64,000 bases of DNA from contig OZ253463.1 in NCBI GenBank assembly GCA_965261635.1, positions 353,164 through 417,163 of the forward strand, given 5' to 3'. Below the pieces are notes generated by a model. The model had not been told where the DNA came from. It did no database searches and saw only the letters and a list, made by a program, of their open reading frames with translations. The number at the start of each line of letters is the position of its first letter. The stretch's first letter is position 1. This stretch comes from Chloroflexota bacterium (lineage in GTDB: Bacteria > Chloroflexota > UBA11872 > VXOZ01). Of this stretch, positions 19,983 to 30,601 are shown one piece after another. Both the position numbers and the translations under genes were made by a program.

Positions 19983-21181
19983 TTCTAGGAACACTCTGAA
20001 CAAGTCTCTGGCATAGTATCATAGCAAGAAAGCAGCATATGGCGAGGAGTTGGGTAATGGAGCAGCCGACGTTTGCCGACCTGGAGTACGCGCACAAGAA
20101 GCGCAAGACGCGGCGGGAGAAGTTCTTGGAGCGCATGGAGGAGTTGATCCCGTGGGCGGAGTTGGAGGCGCGCATTGCGCCGTACTATCCCAAGGCGGGG
20201 CGTGGGCGGCGGCCGTATCCCTTGTCGGTGATGTTGCGGGTACACTGCGTGCAGTTGTTCTACAACCTGAGCGATCCTGGGATGGAGGACATGCTGTACG
20301 AGGTGGAACCGGTGCGGCGGTTCGTGGGGCTGCGGCTGTCAGAGGCGCTGCCGGACGAGACGACTATTCTGCACTTTCGGCATATGCTGGAGCGGCACAA
20401 GTTGGGAGAGGGATTGCTGGAGGCGATCAACGCGCATCTGGCGTCGCAAGGCTTGCGGCTGCGAGAAGGGACGGTAGTGGACGCGACCATCATCGCGGCG
20501 CCAACGTCGACCAAGAACCGCGAGGGGGAGCGAGACCCGGAGATGCGGCAGGTGAAGAAGGGGAACCAGTATTACTTTGGGATGAAGCTGCACATTGGGG
20601 CCGACGCAGAGACGGGGCTCGTGCACAGCTTCACCACGACGCCGGCCAACGTGCACGACGTGACCCAAGCGGCGGCGTTGCTGCACGGCGCGGAGAAAGC
20701 GGTGTGGGGAGACGCGGGGTACGTGGGGGTGCAGAAGCGACCGGAGCATCAGGGGCGCGCCGTAGCGTGGCAGGTGGCGTTGAAGCCTGGGCAGCGGCGG
20801 AAACTGGCGCCTGAGAGCGCGGCGGCGCTGGCAGAGCGGCGCAAAGCGTCGGTCAGGGCCAAGGTAGAGCATCCGTTCCTGTGGGTGAAGCGGCACTTCG
20901 GCTACGCCACGGTGCGCTACCGGGGTCTGGCCAAGAACAGGCAACGGCTGGCCTTGCTGCTGGGGCTGACCAATGTGGTGACGGCCGCACGCCAGTTGGC
21001 AGCTTGACACGGGAGCAGTGCGCCCAAAACACGAGTGGGAGCAAAAAACGCTCCCAGCAGCGCCGAAACACGGGCAAAACAGCCCCTCCCAAACGCCAAA
21101 ACACACCCCAAAACGCCCCCACAATCCTGCACACACCAATAACGCCACGCTTGCACCGAGTTGTTCAGACCCTTCCTAGAA
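19983..21181. mobile_element. IS5-family insertion sequence (~1.2 kb)
   Basis: Imperfect terminal inverted repeats TTCTAGGAACACTCTGAACAAGTC (19983-20006) and GAGTTGTTCAGACCCTTCCTAGAA (21158-21181) flank the transposase. The left end closely resembles the E. coli IS5 terminus GGAAGGTGCGAACAAGTC. No clear target-site duplication is visible. Confidence 0.75.
20039..21007 (+). CDS. IS5-family DDE transposase
   Basis: The 322-aa ORF is collinear with the canonical IS5 transposase (FADxEY..KRxxTRxExFL..ME...PW, RRPYPL..MLR..C.Q..YNLSD..MED.LYE, DATII.AP.STKN, VEHPF). Confidence 0.9.
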   Translation: MARSWVMEQPTFADLEYAHKKRKTRREKFLERMEELIPWAELEARIAPYYPKAGRGRRPYPLSVMLRVHCVQLFYNLSDPGMEDMLYEVEPVRRFVGLRLSEALPDETTILHFRHMLERHKLGEGLLEAINAHLASQGLRLREGTVVDATIIAAPTSTKNREGERDPEMRQVKKGNQYYFGMKLHIGADAETGLVHSFTTTPANVHDVTQAAALLHGAEKAVWGDAGYVGVQKRPEHQGRAVAWQVALKPGQRRKLAPESAAALAERRKASVRAKVEHPFLWVKRHFGYATVRYRGLAKNRQRLALLLGLTNVVTAARQLAA

Positions 21182-21219
21182 ACGCATTGCCTTTATTCAC
21201 AAGGAGCACCTGAACCAGG

Positions 21220-22653
21220 ATGGAGTCATCACCGATAACGTTTGGCACCGACGGCTGGCGCGCCATCATCGGCGCCGACTACACCGTCGCCAACGTCCGC
21301 CTGCTCACGCAGGCCATAGCCCAGTACTGGCAAAGTGAGCATACGGAAGAAGCCGCTAGAGGCTTCGTCGTGGCCTACGACACCCGCTTCAACGCCGAAA
21401 TGTTTGCTGAGGCGGCGGCCGAGGTACTGGCCGGCAACAACATTCCCGTGGCCCTCACTGTGGCACCGACTCCAACACCGGTCTTCGCCCACGCCATCGT
21501 CAATCGGCAGGCCGGCGGCGGCATTACGCTCACGGCGAGCCATAACCCCTTCGATTACCAGGGGTATAAGGTGCGGTCCGCATATGGCGGCGCCACGCCG
21601 CCGGAGGAACTGGCGAAGATAGAGAACATCGTCAACGCGCTGCATCCGCGAGACGTGCGCGCTACTCCCATTGCTCAAGCCGAGAAAGCAGGACTGTGCG
21701 AGCGGTTCGACCCCGCGTCTGCGTACCTGGCGCACATCGGCCGGATGCTCGATCTCGAAGCTCTGCGGGCTTGGGACGGCACGCTGGTAGTAGACGCAAT
21801 GTATGGAGCCGGATTGGATTGGTTCAGCAATATTCTCCAGGGCGGCTCTTTGGAGGTATACGATCTCCACAACGAGCGCAATCCCATGTTCCCCAACATG
21901 CATAACCCGGAGCCGATTCCGGGTAATTTGCAGGACCTCTTCAGTATCGTGCGCCAGATGGGGGCACAGTTGGGCCTGGCGACCGACGGCGATGCCGACC
22001 GCCTCGGCGCGTGTGACGAAAGTGGAGCGTTCCTCAATCAGCTTACGGTGATGTCGCTGTTGGCACTCTATCTGCTTGAGGTGCGGGGTCAGCGCGGACC
22101 GATTGTCAAGACATTTACCTCCAGCACCATGCTCAACCGCCTCGGCGAGCAATTCAACGTACCTGTGCACGAAACGCCGGTGGGCTTTAAGTTTGTCGCA
22201 CCGAAGATGCTGGAAGTCGATGCGCTGCTGGGCGGCGAGGAGAGCGGCGGCTATGCCTTTCGCGGGCACGTGCCTGAACGCGACGGTATACTGGCGGGGC
22301 TCTTTCTGCTGGACTACGTGGTGCAGTCCGGCCGTACGCCGACTCAACTCGTGGAGCACCTCTTTAGCCTGGTAGGTCCGCACCACTACGACCGACTTGA
22401 CCTGGACTTCCCACCGGAGGAACGTGAAAATATCACGGCGCGCATGCAGGCGCACGTGCCGACGACACTCGCCGATAGTGCAGTGGTCCGGTGCCGCGCC
22501 CAGGACGGCTTCCACTACACACTGCAAGACGACGCTTGGGTGTGTGTCCGCTTCTCCGGCACGGAGCCCATCATGCGCATCTACGCCGAGGCGAATAGTC
22601 CTGCACGCGTACAGTCCCTCATCCAGGTCGCGCGTGCGCTGGCGGGAGTGTAG
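21220..22653 (+). CDS. Phosphoglucomutase/phosphomannomutase (alpha-D-phosphohexomutase)
   Basis: FGTDGWR N-terminus, phosphoserine-loop TASHNP, and the metal-binding DGDADR motif. Confidence 0.85.
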   Translation: MESSPITFGTDGWRAIIGADYTVANVRLLTQAIAQYWQSEHTEEAARGFVVAYDTRFNAEMFAEAAAEVLAGNNIPVALTVAPTPTPVFAHAIVNRQAGGGITLTASHNPFDYQGYKVRSAYGGATPPEELAKIENIVNALHPRDVRATPIAQAEKAGLCERFDPASAYLAHIGRMLDLEALRAWDGTLVVDAMYGAGLDWFSNILQGGSLEVYDLHNERNPMFPNMHNPEPIPGNLQDLFSIVRQMGAQLGLATDGDADRLGACDESGAFLNQLTVMSLLALYLLEVRGQRGPIVKTFTSSTMLNRLGEQFNVPVHETPVGFKFVAPKMLEVDALLGGEESGGYAFRGHVPERDGILAGLFLLDYVVQSGRTPTQLVEHLFSLVGPHHYDRLDLDFPPEERENITARMQAHVPTTLADSAVVRCRAQDGFHYTLQDDAWVCVRFSGTEPIMRIYAEANSPARVQSLIQVARALAGV

Positions 22654-22661
22654 AGTAGGGC

Positions 22662-22768
22662 GTCCGATTCATGTCATTCCGAGGAGCAGAGCGACGAGGA
22701 ATCTGAAGTGCCAGAACTCTAGATTCCTCCCCGTGTCTCGCACGGGGCCGCTACGCTCGGAATGACAC
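22662..22768. repeat. MITE-like element TGTCATTCCGA...TCGGAATGACA, copy 2
   Basis: Same TIRs and internal hairpin as copy 1, with a shorter core. It lies immediately after the phosphohexomutase stop. Confidence 0.55.
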
Positions 22769-22820
22769 CAAAAGGCAATATACAAATGACAGTCCAAAGG
22801 GTACGTGTGTTGGAGATCGT

Positions 22821-23471
22821 ATGGTAGGTACCTCGGCGGGATTCTTCATTACGTTCGAGGGCGTGGAGGGTTCCGGCAAGACCACCCAAGTAGAATTGCT
22901 TGCCGACCGTCTGCGGCAAGCGGGGTATCCGGTGATTGCGACGCGCGAGCCGGGCGGTACGCCCATCAGCGACCGCATCCGCGCCGTCGTGCTCGATCAG
23001 TCACGGGTAGAGATCCATCCGCACACCGAAGCGCTGCTCATGTGCGCTGCCCGCGCGCAACTGGTCAATGAGCTGATCCTGCCGTCCCTCGCACGTGGGC
23101 ACGTCGTCATCTGCGACCGCTACAGCGATTCGACCTTCGCCTACCAGGGCTTTGCCCGCGGACAGGACTTAGCGACGCTGCGCGCTCTCAACGACTTTGC
23201 TACCGGCGGCCTCGTGCCGCACCTCACGCTTCTCCTTGATCTGCCCGCAGAGGTCGGTCTGGAGCGGCGCTTTAGCCCCGGCAACTCAGCCGCGACGACC
23301 AATCGCATGGACCGCCTCGACCTCGCCTTCCATAAAAGGGTCGCCGCCGGATACCATTCTCTCGCCCGCGCAGAGCCTGATCGCTGGCGCATTGTAGACG
23401 CACAGCGTGAAGCTAATGAGGTGGCCGCTGAAATCTGGCATATCGCCGCCGTACAACTGCGGACTTCGTGA
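22821..23471 (+). CDS. tmk: Thymidylate kinase
   Basis: FITFEGVEGSGKTTQ P-loop, DRY motif and LID region. Confidence 0.9.
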   Translation: MVGTSAGFFITFEGVEGSGKTTQVELLADRLRQAGYPVIATREPGGTPISDRIRAVVLDQSRVEIHPHTEALLMCAARAQLVNELILPSLARGHVVICDRYSDSTFAYQGFARGQDLATLRALNDFATGGLVPHLTLLLDLPAEVGLERRFSPGNSAATTNRMDRLDLAFHKRVAAGYHSLARAEPDRWRIVDAQREANEVAAEIWHIAAVQLRTS

Positions 23472-23512
23472 TAGAGTCAACGCAGTAGGGTGTCCGGCCC
23501 TGCATGGCTGTT

Positions 23513-23763
23513 CCCTCTCCTGAGGAGGCTGTCTCATAATTCCGCTACAGAGCACGATAGGTCAAATGAGGAACGCAGCCAAGTGGCGTATTGTATTGAC
23601 AGAGTGGTAAAAGTGATGGAAACGGTATTTTGAAGGCTTGATGCGACGCCCAGAAAGCAACACAAGTCTATCTCAAGACCTCACTTAGCTTCTCTGCACG
23701 GCAGTATACCTCGGTAAGGGCAATTATGAGACAGCCTCTGAGGGAGAGGGTTAGGGTGAGGGG
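23513..23763. repeat. Composite repeat: REP core (ccctctcc...gggagagggttagggtgaggg) split by a ~180-bp insert bounded by perfect 17-bp inverted repeats GAGGCTGTCTCATAATT/AATTATGAGACAGCCTC
   Basis: Other copies of this REP family (4757-4795, 12018-12060, 28870-28930) have only a short loop between the two half-sites. Here the loop holds an AT-richer ~180-bp segment with its own IRs. Confidence 0.4.
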
Positions 23764-23898
23764 TCACAAACTCCTTTGTAGCGCGGGGCTTGTCCCCCGC
23801 CTCCTAGAACGCTTTGCACGCGGTAAACGAGCAATGCATAGCACAGGGGGGTCTTGGCGACGATCTATACCACACGACGCACGCAATAGAAGCCAAAG

Positions 23899-24962
23899 GA
23901 TGGATTCGCTAGACTCACAAACGAAGTGCAACACCATGCTAAGGTGTTGCCATGGGAACACACTATCGTCAACTTTCCATTGAAGAGCGGTGTGAAGTGG
24001 CCCGACTTCACACCGCGGGGCACTCGTACCGGCAAATCGCTGCAGCTCTGGATCGCGCGCCATCGACCATTATGCGGGAGGTGAAACGGAATGGGTCTCG
24101 TACGCAGGGCTACAGAGCGACGTATGCCGCTGAACAGGCGTGGGCGCGGCGCTGGGTTGGCGGCAAGTTGGAGCGGGATGCTGCGTTGCGCAAGACCGTG
24201 CTGGAGTACTTGCAATGCGGCTGGTCGCCGGAGCAGGTGGCGGGACACATGGCGCAGAAAGCGGGAGCACCGGTCATCTCCCACGAGACCATCTATCGCT
24301 TCATATACGGACAGGTGGCGCGCACCAAGGACTATAGTTGGCGGCACTACCTGCCGCGAGGCAAGACGCAACGGCGACCCCATCGGCGCAGTGGGCGCAG
24401 TCCGGCCTCCTTCATTGCCAAGCGCCGTCCACTGGCGGAACGGCCCCAGGCGGCGGCCGACCGCCAAACCCCCGGCCACTGGGAGGCTGACCTGATGCTC
24501 TTTGGCAGAGGCGGCCACGCGGTGCTCGCCCTGCACGAGCGCCACTCGCGCTTGCTCATCGCTGCGCGCCAGCCCGGCAAGGCGGCAGACCCCATCGCCA
24601 GCACCATGTACGATCTGCTCGCGGTCTTGCCTGAAGCCTGGCGACAGACCGTCACCTTCGACAACGGCACCGAGTTCGCGCGTCATTACCGCCTCCATGA
24701 CTTGGGCATCCAGACCTTCTTCTGCGATACCCACGCCCCCTGGCAGAAAGGAGGCATCGAGAACGCTATCGGACGCATGCGGCGCATGCTGCCGCGCAAG
24801 ACCGACCTGGCGGAGATGTCTGCAGAGCGCTTTGCGCAACTTATCCAAGCCTACAATCACACCCCGCGCAAGTGCCTTGACTATCAAACCCCAGCCGAAG
24901 TATTTCTCAAACAAACGTTGCACTTGAAATGTGAATCCACCCTCCCGCTTTCGCGGGAATGA
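23899..24962. mobile_element. IS30-family insertion sequence (boundaries approximate)
   Basis: The transposase gene fills the element. Candidate imperfect TIRs are TGGATTC...AAGTGCAAC (23899-) and GTTGCACTT...GAATCCA (-24942). Adjacent REP copies obscure the exact end. Confidence 0.45.
23952..24962 (+). CDS. IS30-family DDE transposase
   Basis: N-terminal HTH (LSIEERxEI..L...G.S.R.IA..L.R..STI.RE..RN) and DDE region (HWEADLM, TFDNGTEF, PWQKG..EN.NG.LR). Confidence 0.85.
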   Translation: MGTHYRQLSIEERCEVARLHTAGHSYRQIAAALDRAPSTIMREVKRNGSRTQGYRATYAAEQAWARRWVGGKLERDAALRKTVLEYLQCGWSPEQVAGHMAQKAGAPVISHETIYRFIYGQVARTKDYSWRHYLPRGKTQRRPHRRSGRSPASFIAKRRPLAERPQAAADRQTPGHWEADLMLFGRGGHAVLALHERHSRLLIAARQPGKAADPIASTMYDLLAVLPEAWRQTVTFDNGTEFARHYRLHDLGIQTFFCDTHAPWQKGGIENAIGRMRRMLPRKTDLAEMSAERFAQLIQAYNHTPRKCLDYQTPAEVFLKQTLHLKCESTLPLSRE

Positions 24963-25200
24963 CGGGACAATGCTCGACCGGCGAGGGGCAATGACGTACT
25001 GCATTACGGCAGGTAACATCCACCGTGGGCAAAGGAGAATTAACGTAGCGTGGGGGCTTGTCCCCTGCCTCCTTACACGCTCATTAAAAGGGAAAGGCCT
25101 GCAAGATAGATTCCCGCTTTTTCGGGAATGACGGACCTACACGAAACCCTTTAGCGGATGAGGATGCCCCGCCGCACGAAGGGCAAAGGAGAATGCGCAC

Positions 25201-26064
25201 ATGAGTGAGGACGCTATCCGCGTAGACGGAATCAGCTATGCCTATGGCGACGTAAAGGCGGTGGATAATGTCAGCTTTACCGTTGCTCCGGGCGAAGTGC
25301 TGGGCTTCCTGGGTCCAAACGGCGCGGGTAAGTCCACCACCATCAAGCTGCTTACCGGCCAAATGCGACCCCAAAGCGGCGAAATCTCAATTCTGGGTAT
25401 GAACGTGGCGAAAGAGCGTGACAAAATTCAAGGTCGCATCGGCGTCTGCTTTGAGGAAAAGAACCTCTATCTCAATCTCTCCGCACGGGAGAACCTGCAC
25501 TTCTTCGCCAGGCTATTTGGCATACGCGACTTCGATGCCGCGCCTCTGCTGCAGCGGGTGGGTCTGGCCGATCGGGCCGAAGACCGCGTGAAAGGCTACT
25601 CCAAAGGCATGCAGCAGCGGCTCATGGTTGCCCGTTGCCTGCTAAACACCCCTGACATTCTCTTCCTCGACGAGCCTACCGACGGGCTCGATCCGGTATC
25701 TTCGCAGGCCATTCGGCGCGTGATAGAGGAAGAAGCAGAGCGCGGTGCCGCGATTCTGCTCACCACCCACGACATGGACGAGGCGGACAAACTCTCAGAC
25801 CGTGTGGCATTCATCAATGACGGCAAAATCGCGGCCCTGGACACGCCGGAGAACCTCAAGCTCGCCCACGGCCAGCGGTCGGTGCGGGTGCGCACCCGCG
25901 AGAATGATGAGGTACGCGAGCAGGTGGTGCTGCTCGACGCCAGCGACACCGGTGACCGCCTGAAAGACGTGGTGGGCGCGGAGGGCTTGCTGACTATCCA
26001 CACCGAAGAGGCGACTCTAGAAGCCGTCTTCATTACGCTGACGGGCAGGGGACTGCAAGAATGA
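25201..26064 (+). CDS. ABC transporter ATP-binding protein (ABC-2/DrrA-like)
   Basis: Walker A GPNGAGKST, signature YSKGMQQR, Walker B ILFLDEPT. Confidence 0.85.
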   Translation: MSEDAIRVDGISYAYGDVKAVDNVSFTVAPGEVLGFLGPNGAGKSTTIKLLTGQMRPQSGEISILGMNVAKERDKIQGRIGVCFEEKNLYLNLSARENLHFFARLFGIRDFDAAPLLQRVGLADRAEDRVKGYSKGMQQRLMVARCLLNTPDILFLDEPTDGLDPVSSQAIRRVIEEEAERGAAILLTTHDMDEADKLSDRVAFINDGKIAALDTPENLKLAHGQRSVRVRTRENDEVREQVVLLDASDTGDRLKDVVGAEGLLTIHTEEATLEAVFITLTGRGLQE

Positions 26065-26083
26065 TGGGCAGAGGACTGCAAGA

Positions 26084-27196
26084 ATGAGCACCCAAGTGTC
26101 ACGCACTGCCATCCTTTGGGCGATTGTGCGCAAGGATATGCTGGAATACAGCCGTGAGCGGTTCTTTGTGGTGATAACCGTGATTGGCATCTTATTCTAC
26201 GCCCTCGCCTTCTGGCTGCTGCCGAGCAGCGTGAATGAGTCGTTTGCGGTGGGCGTACGCCAGACGGGCATGGACGCAATCTTCACGGAGGCCATGGGCG
26301 ACCAGAGCGCAGGCATCGAGATCGTGCAGTTTGAGTCGATAGAGGCGCTGGAGGCAGCGCTGGGTGTGGGCGATGCTAAGCCGGAAATGCCGCTTGCGAT
26401 TGGGCTGGCCTTCCCCGACGACTTCCTCCAGAGCGTCGCCGCCGGACAAAAAACAACGGTGCGCGTGTATGTGGACGCCAACGTGCCGGTGGAGATGCGC
26501 CGCGCTATGACGAGCTTTGTACGCGAGATTGCCTACGCCTTGTCGGGCAATCCCCTGCCGGTGGCGGAACCGGACCGCGAGGTGATCGTCCTCGGTGAAG
26601 ACCGGGTGGGCGATCAAGTACCGTTCCGCGAGAAGATTCGCCCGCTCTTCGCAATTCTGGCGCTCGTCATCGAGACCTTTGCGCTCAGTTCGCTGATAGC
26701 CACCGAGATTCAAGCCCGCACCGTGACCGCCGTGCTCGTCTCGCCGACCCGCGTCTCGGACTTTCTGGCAGCCAAAGGCATCTTGGGCACGGCGATGGCC
26801 TTCGCCCAAGCCGTGCTTCTGCTGCTGATCATCGGCTCGTTCGCCAACCAACCGCTCATCCTGCTGTGCGCGCTCTTGTTGGGCGCAGTGCTGGTGACCG
26901 GCTTCGGTCTAATTGCGGGCGCCGCCGGCAAGGACTTCATCGAAACGCTCTTCTACGGCATGGCCTTCATGATCCCGCTGATGATTCCGGCGATTGCGGT
27001 GCTCTTCCCCGGTTCCGCCGCAGTGTGGGTGAAGATCTTGCCTTCCTATGGCTTGATACAAGCAGTCGTGCAGACCAGCGCTTACAACGCCGGTTGGCTG
27101 GAGGTCTTGCCGTATCTCGGCATGTTACTGGTATGGTGCCTGGTCGCATTCGCGGCGGGGCTGGTCGTGTTGAAGCGAAAAGTGGAAACGCTCTAG
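26084..27196 (+). CDS. ABC-2 family transporter permease
   Basis: A 370-aa polytopic membrane protein following the ATPase, with N-terminal TM1, a large loop, and 5 C-terminal TMs. Confidence 0.7.
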   Translation: MSTQVSRTAILWAIVRKDMLEYSRERFFVVITVIGILFYALAFWLLPSSVNESFAVGVRQTGMDAIFTEAMGDQSAGIEIVQFESIEALEAALGVGDAKPEMPLAIGLAFPDDFLQSVAAGQKTTVRVYVDANVPVEMRRAMTSFVREIAYALSGNPLPVAEPDREVIVLGEDRVGDQVPFREKIRPLFAILALVIETFALSSLIATEIQARTVTAVLVSPTRVSDFLAAKGILGTAMAFAQAVLLLLIIGSFANQPLILLCALLLGAVLVTGFGLIAGAAGKDFIETLFYGMAFMIPLMIPAIAVLFPGSAAVWVKILPSYGLIQAVVQTSAYNAGWLEVLPYLGMLLVWCLVAFAAGLVVLKRKVETL

Positions 27197-27574
27197 GGCA
27201 AGAGTTAAGGAAATGCTACAAGTCTAATGCCATGAGCTTTACCCGAACCGTTCGCCCTGAGCTTGTCGAAGGGCCGAAGGGCGAACTGGTAGTAAGACCA
27301 AGTCTGAGTAGAGGCGCTCAACTCCCCGTTCGTGCTTAGACAGGTGACTTGGCGTAGCTACCCCGGCACGAACGGGATAACAAAACCCAACCACTACAAT
27401 GCAACTAGAATTGGCAAAGGCTCCCATGCACCCGCAGGTAGCGCAGGTTTGTAACCTGCGCAAAGCCAAGGAATGAGCAATCCAGGTAATCACCTTTAGA
27501 CAACCGGGCGAATGTGTTGGGGAATCGCCCGCACATTCCATGTCGCTAGCGCCAACGAGAGAGGGAGAAATGTC

Positions 27575-28642
27575 ATGACCGGAGTAAACGCGTGGCACTT
27601 GTTGCGCAAGGACTTGGGCGTCGGGCCGCGCTCGCCAATCTTTCTGTACGCCATAGTCCTGCCCGTGATCCTCACGCTCTTGATTCGCGTGGTGTTTGGC
27701 AGCCTCTTTGATCCCGTCCCCCGGCTCGGCATCGTTGACGAAGGCGAATCGCAGGTCGTGCAGAACGTCCGCGACGTCGAGGGTATCCAGGTGACGTTTC
27801 CGGAGTCCGCCACCGCCTTGAAAACGCTGGTAGAAAACAACGATCTGGACGCGGGTCTGGTGCTGCCGGCGGGTTTCGACGGCGCCCTGCAGGCCGGCCA
27901 GATGCCCAACGTCCAGTTCTTCTTTGGCGGCCAGAGCCTGGCGTCAAACCGCGTTGTGCTGGGGGTGACCATGGTAGACCTCATCCGCGAAATCGCGGGT
28001 TCACCTGCGCCCATTGAAGTTGAAACCATCACCGTGGGCGAGGGCGAGGCCGTGCCTATCGTCTCCCGCTTGCTGCCGTTGATCGTGCTCATGGCGGTGC
28101 TTATCGCCGGCGCGCTGACCCCGGCCACGAGCCTGGTGGAGGAGAAAGAAAAGCGCACGCTCACGGCGCTGCTCGTGACACCGACCCGGCTGGGCGACGT
28201 CCTGCTCGGCAAGGGCGCGTTGGGCTTCATCCTGGCAATGGCAACCGGCGTCGTGACGCTGGCGCTGAACGGCGCGCTCGGCGCGAATCCCGCCGCCCTG
28301 CTTTTGGTGCTCGTGCTGGCAACGCTCATGGCGGCAGAGGTCGGCCTGATGCTCGGCTCATTCGCCAAAGATACCAAGGCGCTCTATACCATCTGGAAGT
28401 CCGGGGCCATCGTGCTTGTGGCCCCCGTCGTCTTCTTCATCTGGCCGAACCTGCCCCAGTGGATCGCAAAAATCTTCCCCACCTACTACTTCCTCTCGCC
28501 CCTCTTCGAGATCGCCATCCGCGGCGCGGGCCTCGCCGACGTGTGGCTGGAACTCGCCATCGGCTTCGCCATCTGCGCCGTGCTCCTCCTCGGCGTCTAC
28601 ACCCTCGGCCGCCGCATGGAAGCCACTCTGGCGGCGACGTAA
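27575..28642 (+). CDS. ABC-2 family transporter permease (second permease)
   Basis: Start chosen at the ATG after the GAGGGAGA RBS (27561-27568). Its topology parallels the preceding permease. Confidence 0.7.
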   Translation: MTGVNAWHLLRKDLGVGPRSPIFLYAIVLPVILTLLIRVVFGSLFDPVPRLGIVDEGESQVVQNVRDVEGIQVTFPESATALKTLVENNDLDAGLVLPAGFDGALQAGQMPNVQFFFGGQSLASNRVVLGVTMVDLIREIAGSPAPIEVETITVGEGEAVPIVSRLLPLIVLMAVLIAGALTPATSLVEEKEKRTLTALLVTPTRLGDVLLGKGALGFILAMATGVVTLALNGALGANPAALLLVLVLATLMAAEVGLMLGSFAKDTKALYTIWKSGAIVLVAPVVFFIWPNLPQWIAKIFPTYYFLSPLFEIAIRGAGLADVWLELAIGFAICAVLLLGVYTLGRRMEATLAAT

Positions 28643-29080
28643 GTGAGCCTTAGTAGAACCTGCATACTTGCTCACAGTTCGCTAACACGAGCCAAGTTCC
28701 TTTCTTTTGCAGCGGGAATTTACGGGAGACCCTCGCACTCACTCGTCCCGCTCCAATTACTCCCTTTCCTAAGAGTGGGAGATGACCAGGGCGAAGGTTG
28801 AATCCGCACATTCTTACAAGCCCCGCCACACTCGCTGAGGCAATACGCGAGGGGTGCCCACATTCCCTATATCCGCACCATATTCTCCCTCTCCCAAAAC
28901 TGGGAGAGGGCCGGGGTGAGGGTTGAATCCGCCTTTTCCAGGTGTACTGAGGTGCAAGGGCACGACATGTCGTGCCCCTACGGGTCAATTGTCTCACTCA
29001 TGCGGAAACACCAACGGCAGACGGGGATCCCCAGCAAGGCACACTGGACCTATCACTTTGGGGGTGGCAGACAAAGTTGC

Positions 29081-30601
29081 CTATTCCCACTCGATGGTCG
29101 CTGGGGGTTTGTTGGTGATGTCGTAGACCACGCGGTTGACGTGGGGGACTTCGTTGACGATGCGGCTGGAGATGCGCGCCAGCACGTCGTGGGGGATGTG
29201 GGCCCAGTTGGCGGTCATGGCGTCATGGCTCTCAATGGCGCGCAGGGCGACCAGGTGGTCGTACGTGCGTTCGTCGCCCATCACGCCGACGCTCTGCACG
29301 TTAGGCAGCACGGCAAGAACCTGCCAAAGTTTTTCATAAAGCCCGGCGGCGCGGAGTTCCTCGGTAAGAATTGCGTCCGCCAGGCGCACGATTTCCAGTT
29401 TCGCGGCGGTCACCGCGCCCAGCACGCGCACGGCCAGACCCGGCCCCGGAAACGGGTGCCGCCAGACAAGCTCGTGTGGCAGCCCCAACTCCTCGCCCAC
29501 ATTGCGCACCTCGTCTTTGAAGAGCGTGCGCAGCGGCTCGACGAGTTGCAGGCGCATGGTTTCCGGCAAGCCGCCCACGTTGTGGTGGCTTTTGATGCGG
29601 GATGCGGCTTTCGAATCCGGCGCGCGGCTCTCAATCACGTCGGAATAGATCGTGCCCTGGGCCAGGAAGTCCACCGGCGCGTGGCGCGTAGCCTCTTCCT
29701 CGAACACGTCAATGAACGTCTCGCCGATGATGCGCCGCTTCTTTTCCGGATCGGTGACATCCGCTAACGCTCCTAAAAAAAGCTCGCGGGCATCCACGCG
29801 CCGGACCGGAATGCCGAGTTGTGTGAGGCTTTCTTCCACCTGCTCCGGTTCGTTGAGCCGCAATAGGCCGTTGTCCACGAACACGTTAATGAGCCGGTCG
29901 CCAATAGCGCGGTGCAGGAGCACCGCCGCCACGGTGGAATCGACGCCACCGGAAAGCGCCAGGATAACCCGCTGCGCGCCCACCTGGCTTTGAATCTGCG
30001 CCACGGCTTCATCGATGAAAGCGGCAGGGGTCCAATCCCCGCGCAGGCCGCAGACCTCAAAGAGGAAGTTGCGCAGAATTTCCATTCCTTGGGGCGTGTG
30101 CGCCACCTCCGGGTGAAACTGAATGCCGATCATGCCTTGCGCGTTTCCCATGGCGGCGATAGGCGAATTGGCCGACGATGCCAGCACGTCAAAGCCCGGC
30201 GGCAGTGCCGTAATATGGTCGCCGTGACTCATCCACACGTCCTGTTCGCGCGCGATGTCGGCAAAGACACCGGCTGACTGCTGCGCATGGATCATAGCGT
30301 GCCCGTATTCGCGCCTGTCGGCGGGGGCCACACTGCCGCCCAACGCCTGGGCCATGAGCTGCATGCCGTAGCAGATTCCCAAGACCGGCAGCTTGCCCTG
30401 CCAGACGAAGGGCTGCGGGCGCGGCGCGCCCGGCGCGTAGGCGCTGGCCGGCCCGCCGGAGAGCACCAAGGCCCGCGGATTGAGGGCACGCACGGATTCC
30501 TCGTCGGCGTCGTAGGGCATGAGTTCCGCGTAGACGCCGCACTCGCGGATGCGGCGCACGATCAGCGGGCTGTACTGTGAACCAAAGTCGAGCACGACCA
30601 C
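29081..30601 (-). CDS. guaA: GMP synthase (glutamine-hydrolysing)
   Basis: N-terminal GATase (VLDFGSQY, catalytic Cys in GICYGMQ, HPE), ATP-PPase SGGVDS P-loop, and a C-terminal dimerisation domain ending PATIEWE. Start placed at the GTG at 30601; the 582-aa ORF reaching 30829 adds a low-complexity S/E/P-rich extension encoded by REP repeats. Confidence 0.85.
   Translation of the reverse strand: MVVLDFGSQYSPLIVRRIRECGVYAELMPYDADEESVRALNPRALVLSGGPASAYAPGAPRPQPFVWQGKLPVLGICYGMQLMAQALGGSVAPADRREYGHAMIHAQQSAGVFADIAREQDVWMSHGDHITALPPGFDVLASSANSPIAAMGNAQGMIGIQFHPEVAHTPQGMEILRNFLFEVCGLRGDWTPAAFIDEAVAQIQSQVGAQRVILALSGGVDSTVAAVLLHRAIGDRLINVFVDNGLLRLNEPEQVEESLTQLGIPVRRVDARELFLGALADVTDPEKKRRIIGETFIDVFEEEATRHAPVDFLAQGTIYSDVIESRAPDSKAASRIKSHHNVGGLPETMRLQLVEPLRTLFKDEVRNVGEELGLPHELVWRHPFPGPGLAVRVLGAVTAAKLEIVRLADAILTEELRAAGLYEKLWQVLAVLPNVQSVGVMGDERTYDHLVALRAIESHDAMTANWAHIPHDVLARISSRIVNEVPHVNRVVYDITNKPPATIEWE

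Noticed and set aside
20050-20814. 254-aa Gly/Ala/Arg-rich ORF inside the IS5 element
   Set aside because: It is an alternative frame of the transposase gene. The transposase frame is unambiguous by homology.
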